A stretch of DNA of 63,394 nt, the filler included, from Chrysochromulina tobinii (Eukaryota): NCBI GenBank assembly GCA_001275005.1. It is 9 parts of 9 records of this genome, joined end to end, with 100 filler letters (N's around TTAATTAATTAA, not from the genome) between each part and the next. Parts side by side here need not be neighbours in the genome. Positions count along the whole stretch, not along the records: positions 30,649 to 33,862 come from JWZX01000498.1; positions 33,963 to 36,069 come from JWZX01000499.1; positions 36,170 to 45,360 come from JWZX01000501.1; 6 more parts are not named here. The stretch is one strand, 5' to 3'. A program made the translations under genes and the position numbers. The notes beneath the pieces were generated by a model. That model searched no databases, had not been told where the DNA came from, and saw nothing but the letters and a program-made list of their open reading frames with translations. Shown here one piece after another: positions 32,920 to 44,400 of the stretch (positions are counted from its first letter, which is position 1; each line of letters starts with the position of its first letter).

Positions 32920-33710
32920 CGTGGGGTTTCCTATCCTTTTTGGGGGGGGGGTTCCTATCGGATACGTATCCTGATGTATTTCGATGTATCCTGCATGTAT
33001 CTTGCATGTATTTCGATGTGTCCTATCAAGATACATCAAGATACATCAAGATACATCAAGATACATTTGTATAGGATGTATCTCGCATGTATCTCGCATG
33101 TATCCCGCATGTATCCCGCATGTATCCCTCAGATACGTACCTCTCTGCATACATTTGAGATACATGTCTCTCATGATGTATCCCTGATGTATCCCGCATG
33201 TATCCTCTATGTATCCTCTATGTATCCTGGAGTACCACTGCAGATGCATGTATCCCGCATGTATCCCGCATAAATGCTTGCATGTATCCCACATATATTC
33301 GTCATGACCGTCCAAGATACATGTATCGTGATTTTGTATCTCGGTGTATCCTGATGTATCGTGATGAAGAGTCCAAGATACACGTATCCTGATGTATCCT
33401 GACATGTATCCAGTGTGCCACCAAGGAAGCGCCCAAGATACATGTATCTTGATGTATTTGATGTGTATCACCAAAATGTATCTTGGACTCGTTTGGGATA
33501 CGTGTAAAATACATGCATAATGTGAAGGATACATGTATTCTCTTGGAATGTAACAGAGCATGTAAAATACATTTGAGATACATCAGGATACATTCGGGAT
33601 ACATGTATCCTTCAGGATACATGCAGGATACATGCAGGATACATGCAGGATACATAAGGATACGTATTGTATAGGAAACCACCCCCAATTTGTATAGGAA
33701 ACCCCCCCTG
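32920..33710. mobile_element. MITE-like element filled with GATACA/TGTATC motifs
   Basis: Imperfect terminal inverted repeats GGGGTTTCCTAT...GATACGTATCCT and AGGATACGTAT...ATAGGAAACCCC; related copy at ~48180-48400. Confidence 0.65.
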
Positions 33711-33962
33711 ACCCGGGCGCGACCGGCTCCCCATAAGGGGTCGGTCACGACGAGGACCACCACGTCACCGTCGACCTACGGCGCGACGCCCCCCCATCCG
33801 GGGGCGGGCCGTGAAACGCATCGAAAAATCCTCCCCAGGGTGGATGGTTTTTCCACAACCTCNNNNNNNNNNNNNNNNNNNNNNNNNNNNNNNNNNNNNN
33901 NNNNNNTTAATTAATTAANNNNNNNNNNNNNNNNNNNNNNNNNNNNNNNNNNNNNNNNNNNN

Positions 33963-36069
33963 TGGACTTCCCGACCAGCCCGGTGACGAAGAGTGACATG
34001 ACGAGGTTCTGCATGTTTGGAAAGACGAAGACGCCGGGAAGCGGCCTGAACGGGCTGCCCTTGCCCGTGGCACACGTGTCATGTTCCTTCGCCTCGTAGT
34101 ATTTCTTATTCATGCGCTTCTTCCAGTAGACCTGCGCGAACACTTGGATGATCGTGACGAGCGACATGGCCATGACGAACGTCACCAGGTTGTCGATGAG
34201 AGCGGCCAGCGTGTCCGGCGCGTCCTCGCCACACTCCGTTGCCGATCCCCTTGCCACACGTCCTCCTGTTGCCGACCCCCCATTCCCACCGCCTCCTTTT
34301 GCGAGCCGCCGCCGACCCCAATCGACGCAGTCGAAGAAGTCGTCGGTGTTGCTCCCGTTGATATCCGCGTCGCTGCTGGTTGCATTCTCGCCAAAGTCGA
34401 CCAGCCGCCGTGCCAGCCAGATGGATAGCCGTCGCCGGCTGCCGCCACCGTCGCCGCCGCCGCCGCCGCCGCCAAAGGCGCCAAAGGACCCCGAGGCCCA
34501 TCCCATGCCACCAGCTACTCCGCTCTGCAACTCGCTCTGGTTGGCGGCCAGCCCAGAAGACGCGCTGAAGCGCTGCACTCCAAAGATGAGCGGCGCCACG
34601 CCGCCACCGGCGCCGCCACCTGCACCGCCACCACCTGCACCGCCACCAGCAGCACCACCCGCGGCGCCACCCACGGAACCGGCAACAGCTCCTGCGACCG
34701 CTGCAGCCACGGCAGCTGCAACCACAGTTGTCACAGCAGTCGTGACCGCGTCTACGGTTGCGGCGCTCGCGTCAAGCGCTTGCGCTGGCGGTGGGGGTGG
34801 GAGATTGCCCCGGATGATGATGAGGCCGAGACGCGGGTGCACGTACTGGGCATACAGCGAAGATATGGTGATGCTCACGTTCACGCCGGTCGCTTCGGAG
34901 AGGCTTGCGATGAGATCAGAGGTATCCATGAGAGTCACGAAAAGGTCCGCTGCCACGCCGTTGGCCAAACGCACATTGCTGGCCATCGCTGAGATGCTCA
35001 CGTCAGCGCGGAGTCCCGTGAGTGCTGAAGCCTCGACGGAGCTGTTGCGCAAGGTCGCGGTCGGGCAGCTGAAGGCCGTCGCAGGGCACGCCACAGAGCT
35101 CTGCTCCGCGACTGCCGCGTTGAGCCTCTCCGGACCGGTGGTCGCATTGAGAACGTCTCCACTGGCAACAAAGGACCGATCGACTAGCAGGTTGAGGAAG
35201 TGGTAGTAGAGCGGTGGCGAGCTCGGCGGGCCTGGCAGGCCGGGCGGGCCCGGCGGGTCGGGCGGCGGCCGCGGTAGCTGTCGCGGTGCCAGTCGTGGCG
35301 ATGGCGGCATTCGCGGCGATGGCGTCGCTTGCTGCAAGCGGCGGGTTCCGATGGCGGTCGGCGCTGGCAGCATGGGCTGAGGTGGACTGGCAGGCGGCCT
35401 CGGAGGTAGATCGGGAGGCCTCGGCGGCAGCCTCGGTGGCGGTGGCGACGGCGGCGGGGACGGCAGCTCTGCTGACACCTCACAGCGTGTCACCTCGGCG
35501 AAGTCGCACATGGCCGCATCAGCGGCTGCTTGGAAGGGCGTCAGCAGGCCTTCCAACTGGCTCGGATCTTCGAGCGCGACGGCAATTGTCGACCTGCTGC
35601 CCTCGTGCACGGTGAGCTGTGTCAAGGCCGCGCCATCGGCCCGGGCGCCGGTGATTTGCTCGGCATAGGCCACTCGCGAGTCGGCCCAGTTGATAGCCAA
35701 GGTTGCGAATACTGCCGAGGCCGCCAGCGAGAGGCCCGATGGATTGATCTCTATTGTGACAAACGCTTCCACCCGAACCCGACTAGGAGGAATGGCTGGA
35801 GGTGGAGGGGAGGTCGGCGGCGGTGCAGGCCCGCCGAACTCGAGCACGGTGCACCACGGCCGCGTGGTGTTGTACAGGCCCAGGCTAGCCCACTGGTCGA
35901 CGACCGTCGGCCTGACGGTCGCGATCCCGGCCGTTGGCCAGACGACGCCAAAGAGGACTGGGCATGCGCCGTGAATGACGTACTCAATGGTGTGGTTCCG
36001 ATTGACCACCGAGGTCGCCACCGCGGTGACGCGCGTGTACTTGCCAATCGGCGCGAGCGCGATCGCCGC
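33963..36069 (-). CDS. Polyproline/Gly-rich membrane protein (partial at both ends)
   Basis: Open frame across the whole contig; SPPP tracts, TTAVTTVVAAAVAAAVAG TM-like segment, RRL motifs, further TM helices. Confidence 0.75.
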
Positions 36070-36169
36070 NNNNNNNNNNNNNNNNNNNNNNNNNNNNNNN
36101 NNNNNNNNNNNNNTTAATTAATTAANNNNNNNNNNNNNNNNNNNNNNNNNNNNNNNNNNNNNNNNNNNN

Positions 36170-37422
36170 ACGACGCCAGGTCGGGCAAGGCGCCCGACGG
36201 TCACGCATCCGCGTTCAAGTCGGGCTCGCAGCGGCTGCAGGTCGAGGAGCCGACCGGAGATCCTGGCGCGTACGACCCGTACGCGACGCGCGACCTCGCA
36301 GCGACAGCGAACAACTCGTTTGGTCGCTCGAATCGCGCTGGTTCCGGCGGCTTCGGCGGCGCGTCGGCACGCGAGATGAAGCTTGACATCATGGGCGAGG
36401 ACACGCCCGGTCCTGGCACGTACCGTGCCAAGAAGGAGCTGTCGGAGGGCTCTGCAATGCCGTCGTCAGCCTTCCGCTCATCGTCGGCGCAGCGCGGCAA
36501 GGAGCGGGCCAACCCGACGCCCGGTGTCGGTGCGTACGATCCCAGAATGTCGGCCGTCGAGCCTGGCATGCAGAACGGCGGGTCAGGCATGCGCAGCAAG
36601 GCGCAGCGGTTCACGACGGAGAAGACGTCGACGGACATGGGCGTGGGTCCAGGCACGTACGAGTCCCACACCGACGGCTCGCTCGCGCAGTCGGTCGCCA
36701 AGTCGGTCGAGCGCATGAGCCGCTCCAATCCAGGCTTCGGCTCGCGCCAGCCAGCGCGCGAGCTGCCGTACCAGAAGGAACAGGCTGACATGCCCGGACC
36801 CGGTGCGTACGACGCCAGGTCGGGCAAGGCGCCCGACGGTCACGCATCCGCGTTCAAGTCGGGCTCGCAGCGGCTGCAGGTCGAGGAGCCGACCGGAGAT
36901 CCTGGCGCGTACGACCCGTACGCGACGCGCGACCTCGCAGCGACAGCGAACAACTCGTTTGGTCGCTCGAATCGCGCTGGTTCCGGCGGCTTCGGCGGCG
37001 CGTCGGCGCGCGAGATGAAGCTTGACATCATGGGCGAGGACACGCCCGGTCCTGGCACGTACCGTGCCAAGAAGGAGCTGTCGGAGGGCTCTGCGATGCC
37101 GTCGTCAGCCTTCCGCTCATCGTCGGCGCAGCGCGGCAAGGAGCGGGCCAACCCAACGCCCGGTCCAGGCGCTTACAACTCCAAACTCGACGCTGTCGAG
37201 CCTGGCACGCAGAACGGCGGCGCAACGATGCGCAGCAAGGCGCAGCGGTTCACGACGGAGAAGACGTCGACAGACATGGGGGTTGGGCCTGGCTCGTACG
37301 AGCACGATCAGCTCAACAATGGACAGCGAGGCTCCATTCGATCAAAGGTGATCGACAGCATCAACGGTGGGATGAGCGCGTCCTTCCGGTCGGATTCGGT
37401 GCGCCAGATGGAGTTCTCATAG
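36170..37422 (+). CDS. STPG/SHIPPO-repeat (ODF3-like) protein, 5' partial
   Basis: Repeated PGPG-x-Y motifs (TPGPGTY, PGPGAYD, VGPGTYE); near-exact 639-bp internal duplication. Confidence 0.85.
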
Positions 37423-37959
37423 ATGATGGTGATGTGGGGGTGACGAATGGGGTGAGGTGGTGGCAATAATCCGTGGGTTGACGTGCTTTCGGGTTCGTCT
37501 CATGAAGCAAGGCGTGGCTCGATCCCGAAGGCCCATCGTGTGAGCGCCATGGTGAGCGCAGCCCAGATGTGGAGCGCCATGGTGAGCGCGATCAAAGCAC
37601 TCCGTCGCAACGCGCGCGTACCGTTTGATATCGGTGACGGTGACCATGCGATCATGGAGCGATGCGAACCTAATTTGGTGACGATGCGACTTACGTCGTT
37701 GTCGGTTTGCAGCGGAGGGCATTTGTCCACTTGCGAGTGGAGCGTGGCAGGTGAGTCGTTACGTTATGTAGAACCGAACCGGTGTCTCGGGTACAACCGC
37801 GTATTCATGTTGATATATTGTGGGGCGATCGACCCTCTGCGATCGACACGCATCGTTACCAAACAATTTTGCAGCTGGTAGTGCACCTCGAAATGGCCGT
37901 GCTACTTGTGAACGCGCATCGGCGCGCGCGCATGCTATCCCTAACCCTGAGAAGATGCA

Positions 37960-38889
37960 TCAATCCACAGGAACGCCATCGTCGCACCCGTTTGCGAATG
38001 GGTTCTGTCGGCAGCGCTCGAAGCGAGGATCGATGAGGCCGGCCTTTTTGGCATCGGCGAAGCCGACGAGGTCGAGCTCGACGAGCAGTGACTCATCAAA
38101 CCGGCGCCCGAAGCGCGCCTTCTGCCCGTACGTGCGCGGCTGCGGCTGCGACACCTTGTTTTGGCATGCATTCTCGTTCTCGATGGCGGCACCGATGTCA
38201 GCCTTGAAGACCAAGTTCGATTCGGTCGCGGTGTTGCGCGTTGCGGCGCCCGCAAGGTCAATTTTCTGCTCGCCCTCCTTGCAAGCGCCCGTCTCCAAGC
38301 GCCAGCCGCGCTCCGGCCGAACCAGAACGCGCCGCCGTCCACCTGGTTGCATGCCGACGAGCGCGTCGCCTACTCCAGGGATCAGGTTCTGCCCGCTGAG
38401 CTGGACGGCAAGCGTGTCGCCCACCTTGTCCTCGTCCTCGCCGTAGCCGAACGAAAAGATGGTCTGGCCCTCGCCCGAGAGGCCATCCCGTGCCTTTGTG
38501 CCCAGCCGCATTACCCGATAGCGGATCTCGATCGTGTCACCCTCGGCCACGGCCTTGCCACTGCCCGGGACCAGATCACGGTAACGGTCGCCGCCCTTGG
38601 TGCGCTCAAAATCGGTGCGCTCGTTCGCCGCCGCCTCTGCCTTGATTTTCTCGCCCAGCGCTTCGCACTCATCAATGCTCTTGCACTTGCGCTCCTTCGG
38701 CTCCATTTTTGGCGGCGGCGCACTGCCCTTGACAAGAGCCTTGGTTGGCTGCGGGCCGGTCAGCGCCACCGCACCCGCGGCAAAGCACGCGATGACATCG
38801 CGCCGGGCCGCGAGTCGTGTCGCCTTAAACGCGAAAGTGGGGCTCAGCGATACGGCTAGCGCGACGACAAAGAGTTTCTGCGTCGCCAT
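37960..38889 (-). CDS. FKBP-type peptidyl-prolyl isomerase, probably thylakoid lumen
   Basis: Signal peptide, FAF, twin-Arg RRDV plus hydrophobic stretch; YRDLVPGSG...GDTIEIRY...LVGMQPGGRRRVLVRPERG. Confidence 0.85.
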   Translation of the reverse strand: MATQKLFVVALAVSLSPTFAFKATRLAARRDVIACFAAGAVALTGPQPTKALVKGSAPPPKMEPKERKCKSIDECEALGEKIKAEAAANERTDFERTKGGDRYRDLVPGSGKAVAEGDTIEIRYRVMRLGTKARDGLSGEGQTIFSFGYGEDEDKVGDTLAVQLSGQNLIPGVGDALVGMQPGGRRRVLVRPERGWRLETGACKEGEQKIDLAGAATRNTATESNLVFKADIGAAIENENACQNKVSQPQPRTYGQKARFGRRFDESLLVELDLVGFADAKKAGLIDPRFERCRQNPFANGCDDGVPVD

Positions 38890-39086
38890 GTGAATCTCCG
38901 TGGCGCCGAGATCAACTCCGCACGCAAAAACGACGCGTTAGTCGGTGGCTATTCACCGCGCCCCACGCTTCGAGCTCACCCCGAACTTTCGAACGCGAAT
39001 GATGTTGATTGTCATTTTCTGGAACGTGGACGGAAGCAAAGATTCCTCTCATCAACCAATTCTGTACTCCCCGCCGCCGAATCCAC

Positions 39087-40247
39087 ATGGCGGTGAGCTT
39101 GCAGTTGGGCTTGCAGTTGGTGGGCTTGCAGTTCGCACCACACTATCTGTCCGGAGCGTGGCGCATGACACCTCGGGTCGCACCAGCCATGAGGTTGAGC
39201 GAGGAGGAGGAGGATCGGGCAAGTGACCAGCGCCTGCTGGATGCCCTGTTTGGCGATTCACCAGAGGCGCAATCCTATCGTGACATGGACCCGGACGTGC
39301 CTTCGCACGCCAAGCTCCGCGTCGACGAGGATGGTAGGCCGCTCTTGCTGCGCTTCGTGTATGTCGACGAACTGACATGCATCGGGTGCACTTACTGTGC
39401 TGAGGTGGCGAGGAGTACCTTTTACATGAACGAGGACGCTGGCCGCGCCCGTGTCTTCAACCAGCACGGCGATGATCCTATGGTGGTGCAGGAGGCGATC
39501 GACTCGTGCCCCGTCAACTGCATCTCGTACGTCGATCATGAAGATCTCGTCATTCTCGAGACTGAGCGAGAAGGCATCAAGATCAACCCTATGACGATCG
39601 GGATCCCGGCCACCTGGAGCGCGCGCATGCAGGCGGTGCCGCCGACGAAGGCGAAACTCGGCAAGGGGAGCCGGATCTGCTGCAATAACTGCCCAGGGCG
39701 CGGCTGCAAAGAATGCCCGATGTACGGAGTCGGCCTCAATCCTGTGTACATGGAGCGCATGGCCGCAAAGAGCTCGTTGAGGGAGGCGAGCGGCGAGGCG
39801 GCCAAGCTCCGCTTCGACCAATCGGCGCAGGAGATTCTCGACTCCTTCCTCGGCGCCGCGCCGGAGACGCCCCTCGAGGTGCTCGCCAGCGAAACGGACG
39901 ACGAAACCACTGACGAAACCGTTGACGAGAAGGCCGTTGAGGAGCTGCCGAGCGTCGTCGTGGGGATGGTCGTGCCACTCGGCGAGGCGCCTGCAGTGGC
40001 GCCAGTCGCGCCTCTGGAAGGTGTCGTGGTGTCAAGTCAGATCAAGTCAAGCCAAGTCATGTCAGTGGAAGGTGTGGTGGTGCCGGTCGGCGATGGTGCG
40101 GATGTGCCCCCCGCGCCCGTGGCGGCGTTGCGATCTGAGGATCTCCTCAGCGCCGACGGGCCGAGCGCTGCGTTCTTCGATGTGTTGTACGCGCCTCCGA
40201 GCGAGTTCCTCGTGGACGACGTCGACGACATGCCGCAACCGATCTAA
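39087..40247 (+). CDS. Fe-S ferredoxin-domain protein (CDJ3/4-type Fd domain, no J domain)
   Basis: YVDELTCIGCTYC...GRARV...AIDSCPVNCI; second motif CCNNCPGRGCKECP; acidic tail. Confidence 0.8.
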   Translation: MAVSLQLGLQLVGLQFAPHYLSGAWRMTPRVAPAMRLSEEEEDRASDQRLLDALFGDSPEAQSYRDMDPDVPSHAKLRVDEDGRPLLLRFVYVDELTCIGCTYCAEVARSTFYMNEDAGRARVFNQHGDDPMVVQEAIDSCPVNCISYVDHEDLVILETEREGIKINPMTIGIPATWSARMQAVPPTKAKLGKGSRICCNNCPGRGCKECPMYGVGLNPVYMERMAAKSSLREASGEAAKLRFDQSAQEILDSFLGAAPETPLEVLASETDDETTDETVDEKAVEELPSVVVGMVVPLGEAPAVAPVAPLEGVVVSSQIKSSQVMSVEGVVVPVGDGADVPPAPVAALRSEDLLSADGPSAAFFDVLYAPPSEFLVDDVDDMPQPI

Positions 40248-40436
40248 CTCGCCAACAGCCGTCCGCGTCGTCGGCCTTGCAGATTGGCAAGCGTGGGGGT
40301 ATGTATTCTGGGTCCACGAGTACAGTACGTGAGCTTGTTTCTGCATTATGAACTCTCATATGTGCTCAAAACGGCGCTTCGTCACTTGGGGAGCGCGCGG
40401 CTTTTCCGACGGCCGCTGCCAGCCGCGGAAGGAATC

Positions 40437-40907
40437 ATGTCGAAGATGATGATGTCGGGTTTGAAGACCATGGCGGCCGGCGCCAAGGCGGGAGCGGATT
40501 TGTCGGCGCGAACCGCACAGGCGACGAAGCTGCGAGCGGATATCGTGCTGCTGCAACGGAGCGTGGCCTCTGCCAAGAAGGAATTTGGACCGCATGTGTA
40601 CGATGCAATGGTCTCCGGCAACCAATCGGAAATCGATCGACTCTTTGCGGACGTGAAAGCAAAGGTCCAGGGGCTCGAAGCACAGATTGAGGCCAAACGC
40701 CAGGCCGTGGCAGATCTCAAGGTGCCAGCATCTGCTCGAGGAAGCGGGGGCGACGACGATGTGACGCCGCCGCCGCCTGGGCCAGCGCCAGAGGCAGCGG
40801 ACGTTCCAGCCGGCTGGAAGAAAACGACGACGGCCGAGGGGCGCGAGTACTACTACCATGAGGCAACTGGCGAGACGTCGTGGACGGTGCCCACAGCGAA
40901 AGATTGA
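40437..40907 (+). CDS. Coiled-coil + WW domain protein
   Basis: PAGWKKTTTAEGREYYYHEATGETSWTVP. Confidence 0.85.
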   Translation: MSKMMMSGLKTMAAGAKAGADLSARTAQATKLRADIVLLQRSVASAKKEFGPHVYDAMVSGNQSEIDRLFADVKAKVQGLEAQIEAKRQAVADLKVPASARGSGGDDDVTPPPPGPAPEAADVPAGWKKTTTAEGREYYYHEATGETSWTVPTAKD

Positions 40908-41341
40908 AGGCCCCATGGAACGGGCAACTGTCTGCTGCGCATGCCCGGTGCGGTGCCGTTCTCCTTCACGCTCGACGTGCGCTGTGGACGTTGGCGCGCG
41001 AGTCGCGGGTTCTTGCCGCAGGGGCGGGGGCGACCTACTTCGGGGTGGAGGAGAGCCGATTACTTTCCGATTCGCGCCTGTCCGCTCGGCTCAGTCATGT
41101 GTGTTGGAGTGTCGATCGATCGCGGAGTGTGGGCGACGGCCCCCGAGGCCGAGCGCTAGCGGAGAACGTTATCCGCTATAATAGTGTTGTTGATTGTGCA
41201 TCTCCGGTCTCCCGCGAATGGAAAGTGCCACGGTCCCAATTAGTCCAACTCACACGTCTCACTGTTGATGTTCCGCACTTTCGGAAGACCAATAAAATCC
41301 CAAACGCATAGGCCGCTGATTGTGATACCGGTTCCTCGGCA

Positions 41342-41427
41342 GAGCTCCATCTCGCCCTGGAGCTCCATCTCGCCCTGGATGGAGCTCCATCTCGCCCTGG
41401 ATGGAGCTCCATCTCGCCCCGGAGCTC
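41342..41427. repeat. Tandem 18-22 bp repeat GGAGCTCCATCTCGCCCT
   Basis: About four copies directly after the stop codon of the AP2/CW gene. Confidence 0.9.
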
Positions 41428-44400
41428 AATCGTCGCCAAGCACCGGGTAGGCCAGGCGCAAGGCCTCCAGCGTCCACATCGATGGCTCGTACGCCACCGC
41501 GGTGAGCGAAGACGCGAGCGTGCGCGCAATCTCGAGCTCGAGCTCACGGCACTCGACGAGCTCGGCAATCTGGTGCTCCGGCTCCGGGCGCATGGTCGCG
41601 CCGCAGCCGCCGAGACGCAGCGGCCGACCAGTGCCGCACACGAAGCGCTCATACACGGGCTCCCAGCGCGCGCGCTGTGAACAGTCGCACAGGGGTGTGA
41701 GCGAGAATGGGGGCACGAGGTGCTCGAAGGTGCACCCGCCCGCGGACTGCTCACGCATGCAGAACCAGCGGCCGCGCTGCCAGTCCGCGCGCAGTCCGCA
41801 ATGGCACAGCACTGCAGCTTGCATGCGTAACCGCTTCGACGGCCTCCCTGAGCGAGCGCTGTGTCGGGCGCACCAGTCGAGGTTCGGCTGCACGTACCAG
41901 GGCAGAGCGGGCGCCGTGGTGAGCGCTGCGGCGGCCGACGAAGCTACCGGTACCGCCGTTGACGAAGCTACCGGTACAGCCGTTGGCGCTGGCGCCCACG
42001 ACGGCGCCGGCGCACCCTGGGGCGCCCACGACGGCGCGCCGTGGGACGCTCCTGCAGACGCAGCACCGGGCACGCGCGAGATCGGCGCCCGCCACGGCGC
42101 CCCCTCAGAGGCTGCATTGCCGTTGGCGATGCCCACCACGGCGCCTATTGGTTCCACAGACGGCGCCTCGGTGGCTCTCTTGCGCTTGCCGTTCGGTGCG
42201 GACGCGTCGGGCGCTGCGTCGGGCGCTATGGCGCCCAAGGCGGAAGAAGACGCGCACGACAAGACCGTCGAGGGCTGCAGGGGGGTCGGCCAGCTGGAAG
42301 CCTTCACAGCTGGAGCCATGCCTTCACAGCTGGAAGCCGCAGGTACAGTGATGGCTCCAGCTGGGAAGGCCATCACGGGCTCCAGCTGTGAAGGCACGGC
42401 TCCAGCTGTGAAGGCCATCACGGGCTCCACCTTGACGAAACTCACCCCTTCCGCTGACGCCGGCAGCGCTGTCGCGAGCGGCGGCTGCGGCTGCGCTGGC
42501 CTCACGCACGGCGGCACGCTCGTCTTTGGCGTCGTCGTGGGCGGCAGGTGGAGCTGCACCACGGACGCCGCCGAGGCTGCGGCGGCCAGGACGGCAGCGG
42601 ACGGGAAGGAAGCGGCGGCCGCGAAGGAGAGGGCGCCGTACTGGGCGCAAGAGTCGCTGGAGCGGTTTCGGTCCGTGGTGCTGCTGCTGCTGCTGAGGCT
42701 GCGCTCGCTACCAACGGTCGGGCAGCGGCGGGCCGCCGTACTGGGCAGCGCCGTACTGGGCAGCGCCGTGCTGGGCAGCGCCGTGCTGGGTAGCGCCGTG
42801 CTGGGCTCGCTACCAACGGTCGGGCAGCGGCGGGCCGCCGTAGGCGCCGGGGCGGGCGCCGCGCAGGCTGCTGGTGCAGCAGCCGTCGTACTGGGTAGCG
42901 CCGTACTGGGCGGCGCCGTACTGGGCAGCGTCGTACTGGGCAGTGTTGTACTGTGTGGCGTCGTACTGGGCGGCGCCGTACTGGGTTGTGCCGTACTGGG
43001 CAGCGCCGTACTGGGCAGCGCCGTACTGGGTAGCGCCGTACTGGGCAGCATCGTACTGGGCAGCGTCGTACTGGGCAGCGTCGTACTGAGTGGCGCCGTA
43101 CCGGGCAGCGCCGTACTGGGCAGTGCCGTACTGGGCAGCGTCGTACTGGGCAGCGTCGGCCGCCTCGGCGCCGCCGCAATCGGCTTCGAAAGCGCTCGCG
43201 GAGGGCGCTGTGTCGGGCACGTCCAACCGACCAGTGAGGACCACTTGCGCGCCGGCCGAGACCCGAGGCGCTCAGCACGGCGCGCCTCGGCGATCGTTCT
43301 CGGTCGGCGCTCAGGACGGCGCTCGGCGGCGGCGGCGGCGGCGGCGGTGGCTCCGAGCCCCGCCGCGCTCGCCACCGCGCTCGCCACAGCGCTCGCCACC
43401 GCGCTCGCCACAGCGCTCGCCGCCGCGCTCGCCGCCGCGCTCGCCGCGACCACTGACATGGGCGGCCGCAGCGAGGGCACATGCAAATGTGGCAGCGTCG
43501 CCTGATGACGTGTCCCCAGCTCTATGCGACCATCGAAGATCGATGCGTCGGCGACGCGAAGGTAGCCCGCGCGCCGTCCGCCCCCCTTGGCCTCTCCCCC
43601 CTTGATGCCGCCCTCGCCCCCCTTGATAGCGCCCTTGTCCTTCCCCCGCTGCTCCCGCTGCTGGCGCCGCTGCTGCACGCGCTGCCGCGCCGCCTCCACC
43701 GCGTCCTCGTCCTCGTCCTCATCCTCCGCCTCCTCAGAGTACTCCTCCTCAGTCGCGTCACAGTCATTCCGCCGCGGGTCGTCATTGAGCTCACAGACCC
43801 AATGCTCGGAGAGCACCTGTGAAGAGAGGGGAAGGAGGGGGAGGAGGGGGCGCCGTGGTGAGCACTTGGAGGGCGCCGTGGTGGGCACTTGCATGCCGCC
43901 GCATCGGTCCGTGTGCTCGCAGATCCAGAGGGCGCCGTGGTGGGCACCTCGAGAGCAGCCGCCTCATCCAGCCCACTCGGTAGCTCAATACGGCGCCACT
44001 TGGCACAGCGCTCGCACTGCACCCACGTGCACGCCTCCTCGTCCTCCGCTTCGTCGGCTTCGTCACTCCCCGCCTCGCCGCGCCGCTCAGTACGGCGCTG
44101 CTTCTTCTGCCGCTCGTCGCCCCCACCCCCTTGGTCGCCCCTACGCTCAGGACGGCGCTCCTTCTTGTCCTTGTCCTTGTCCTTGTCCTTCTCCGCCTCC
44201 TTGTCCTTTTTATGCTGCGGCCCGGGCGACTGCTCAACCAGCCGGCTCACGCCCTGCCGCTGCCGTTGCTGCCCGATCTCGGGCAGCGAGATCTCGAGAT
44301 CGCGAACGAGCTTGTACACCTCGCCCCTGCCGCGACCGGCCTCACGGGCGCCCGACACGGCGCCCTCCCGGGCGCGCTTGCGGCTCGCGTGCGCCCGGCA

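Noticed and set aside
32974..33763. Several Tyr/Ile/His-rich ORFs
   Set aside because: Translations of the GATACA repeat.
41342..41427. Possible CRISPR-like direct repeats
   Set aside because: Head-to-tail tandem repeat without unique spacers.
41502..43505. 667-aa + strand ORF and the QYGAA/YWAA repeat ORFs
   Set aside because: Antisense or alternative-frame shadows of the 15-bp coding minisatellite in the AP2/CW gene.
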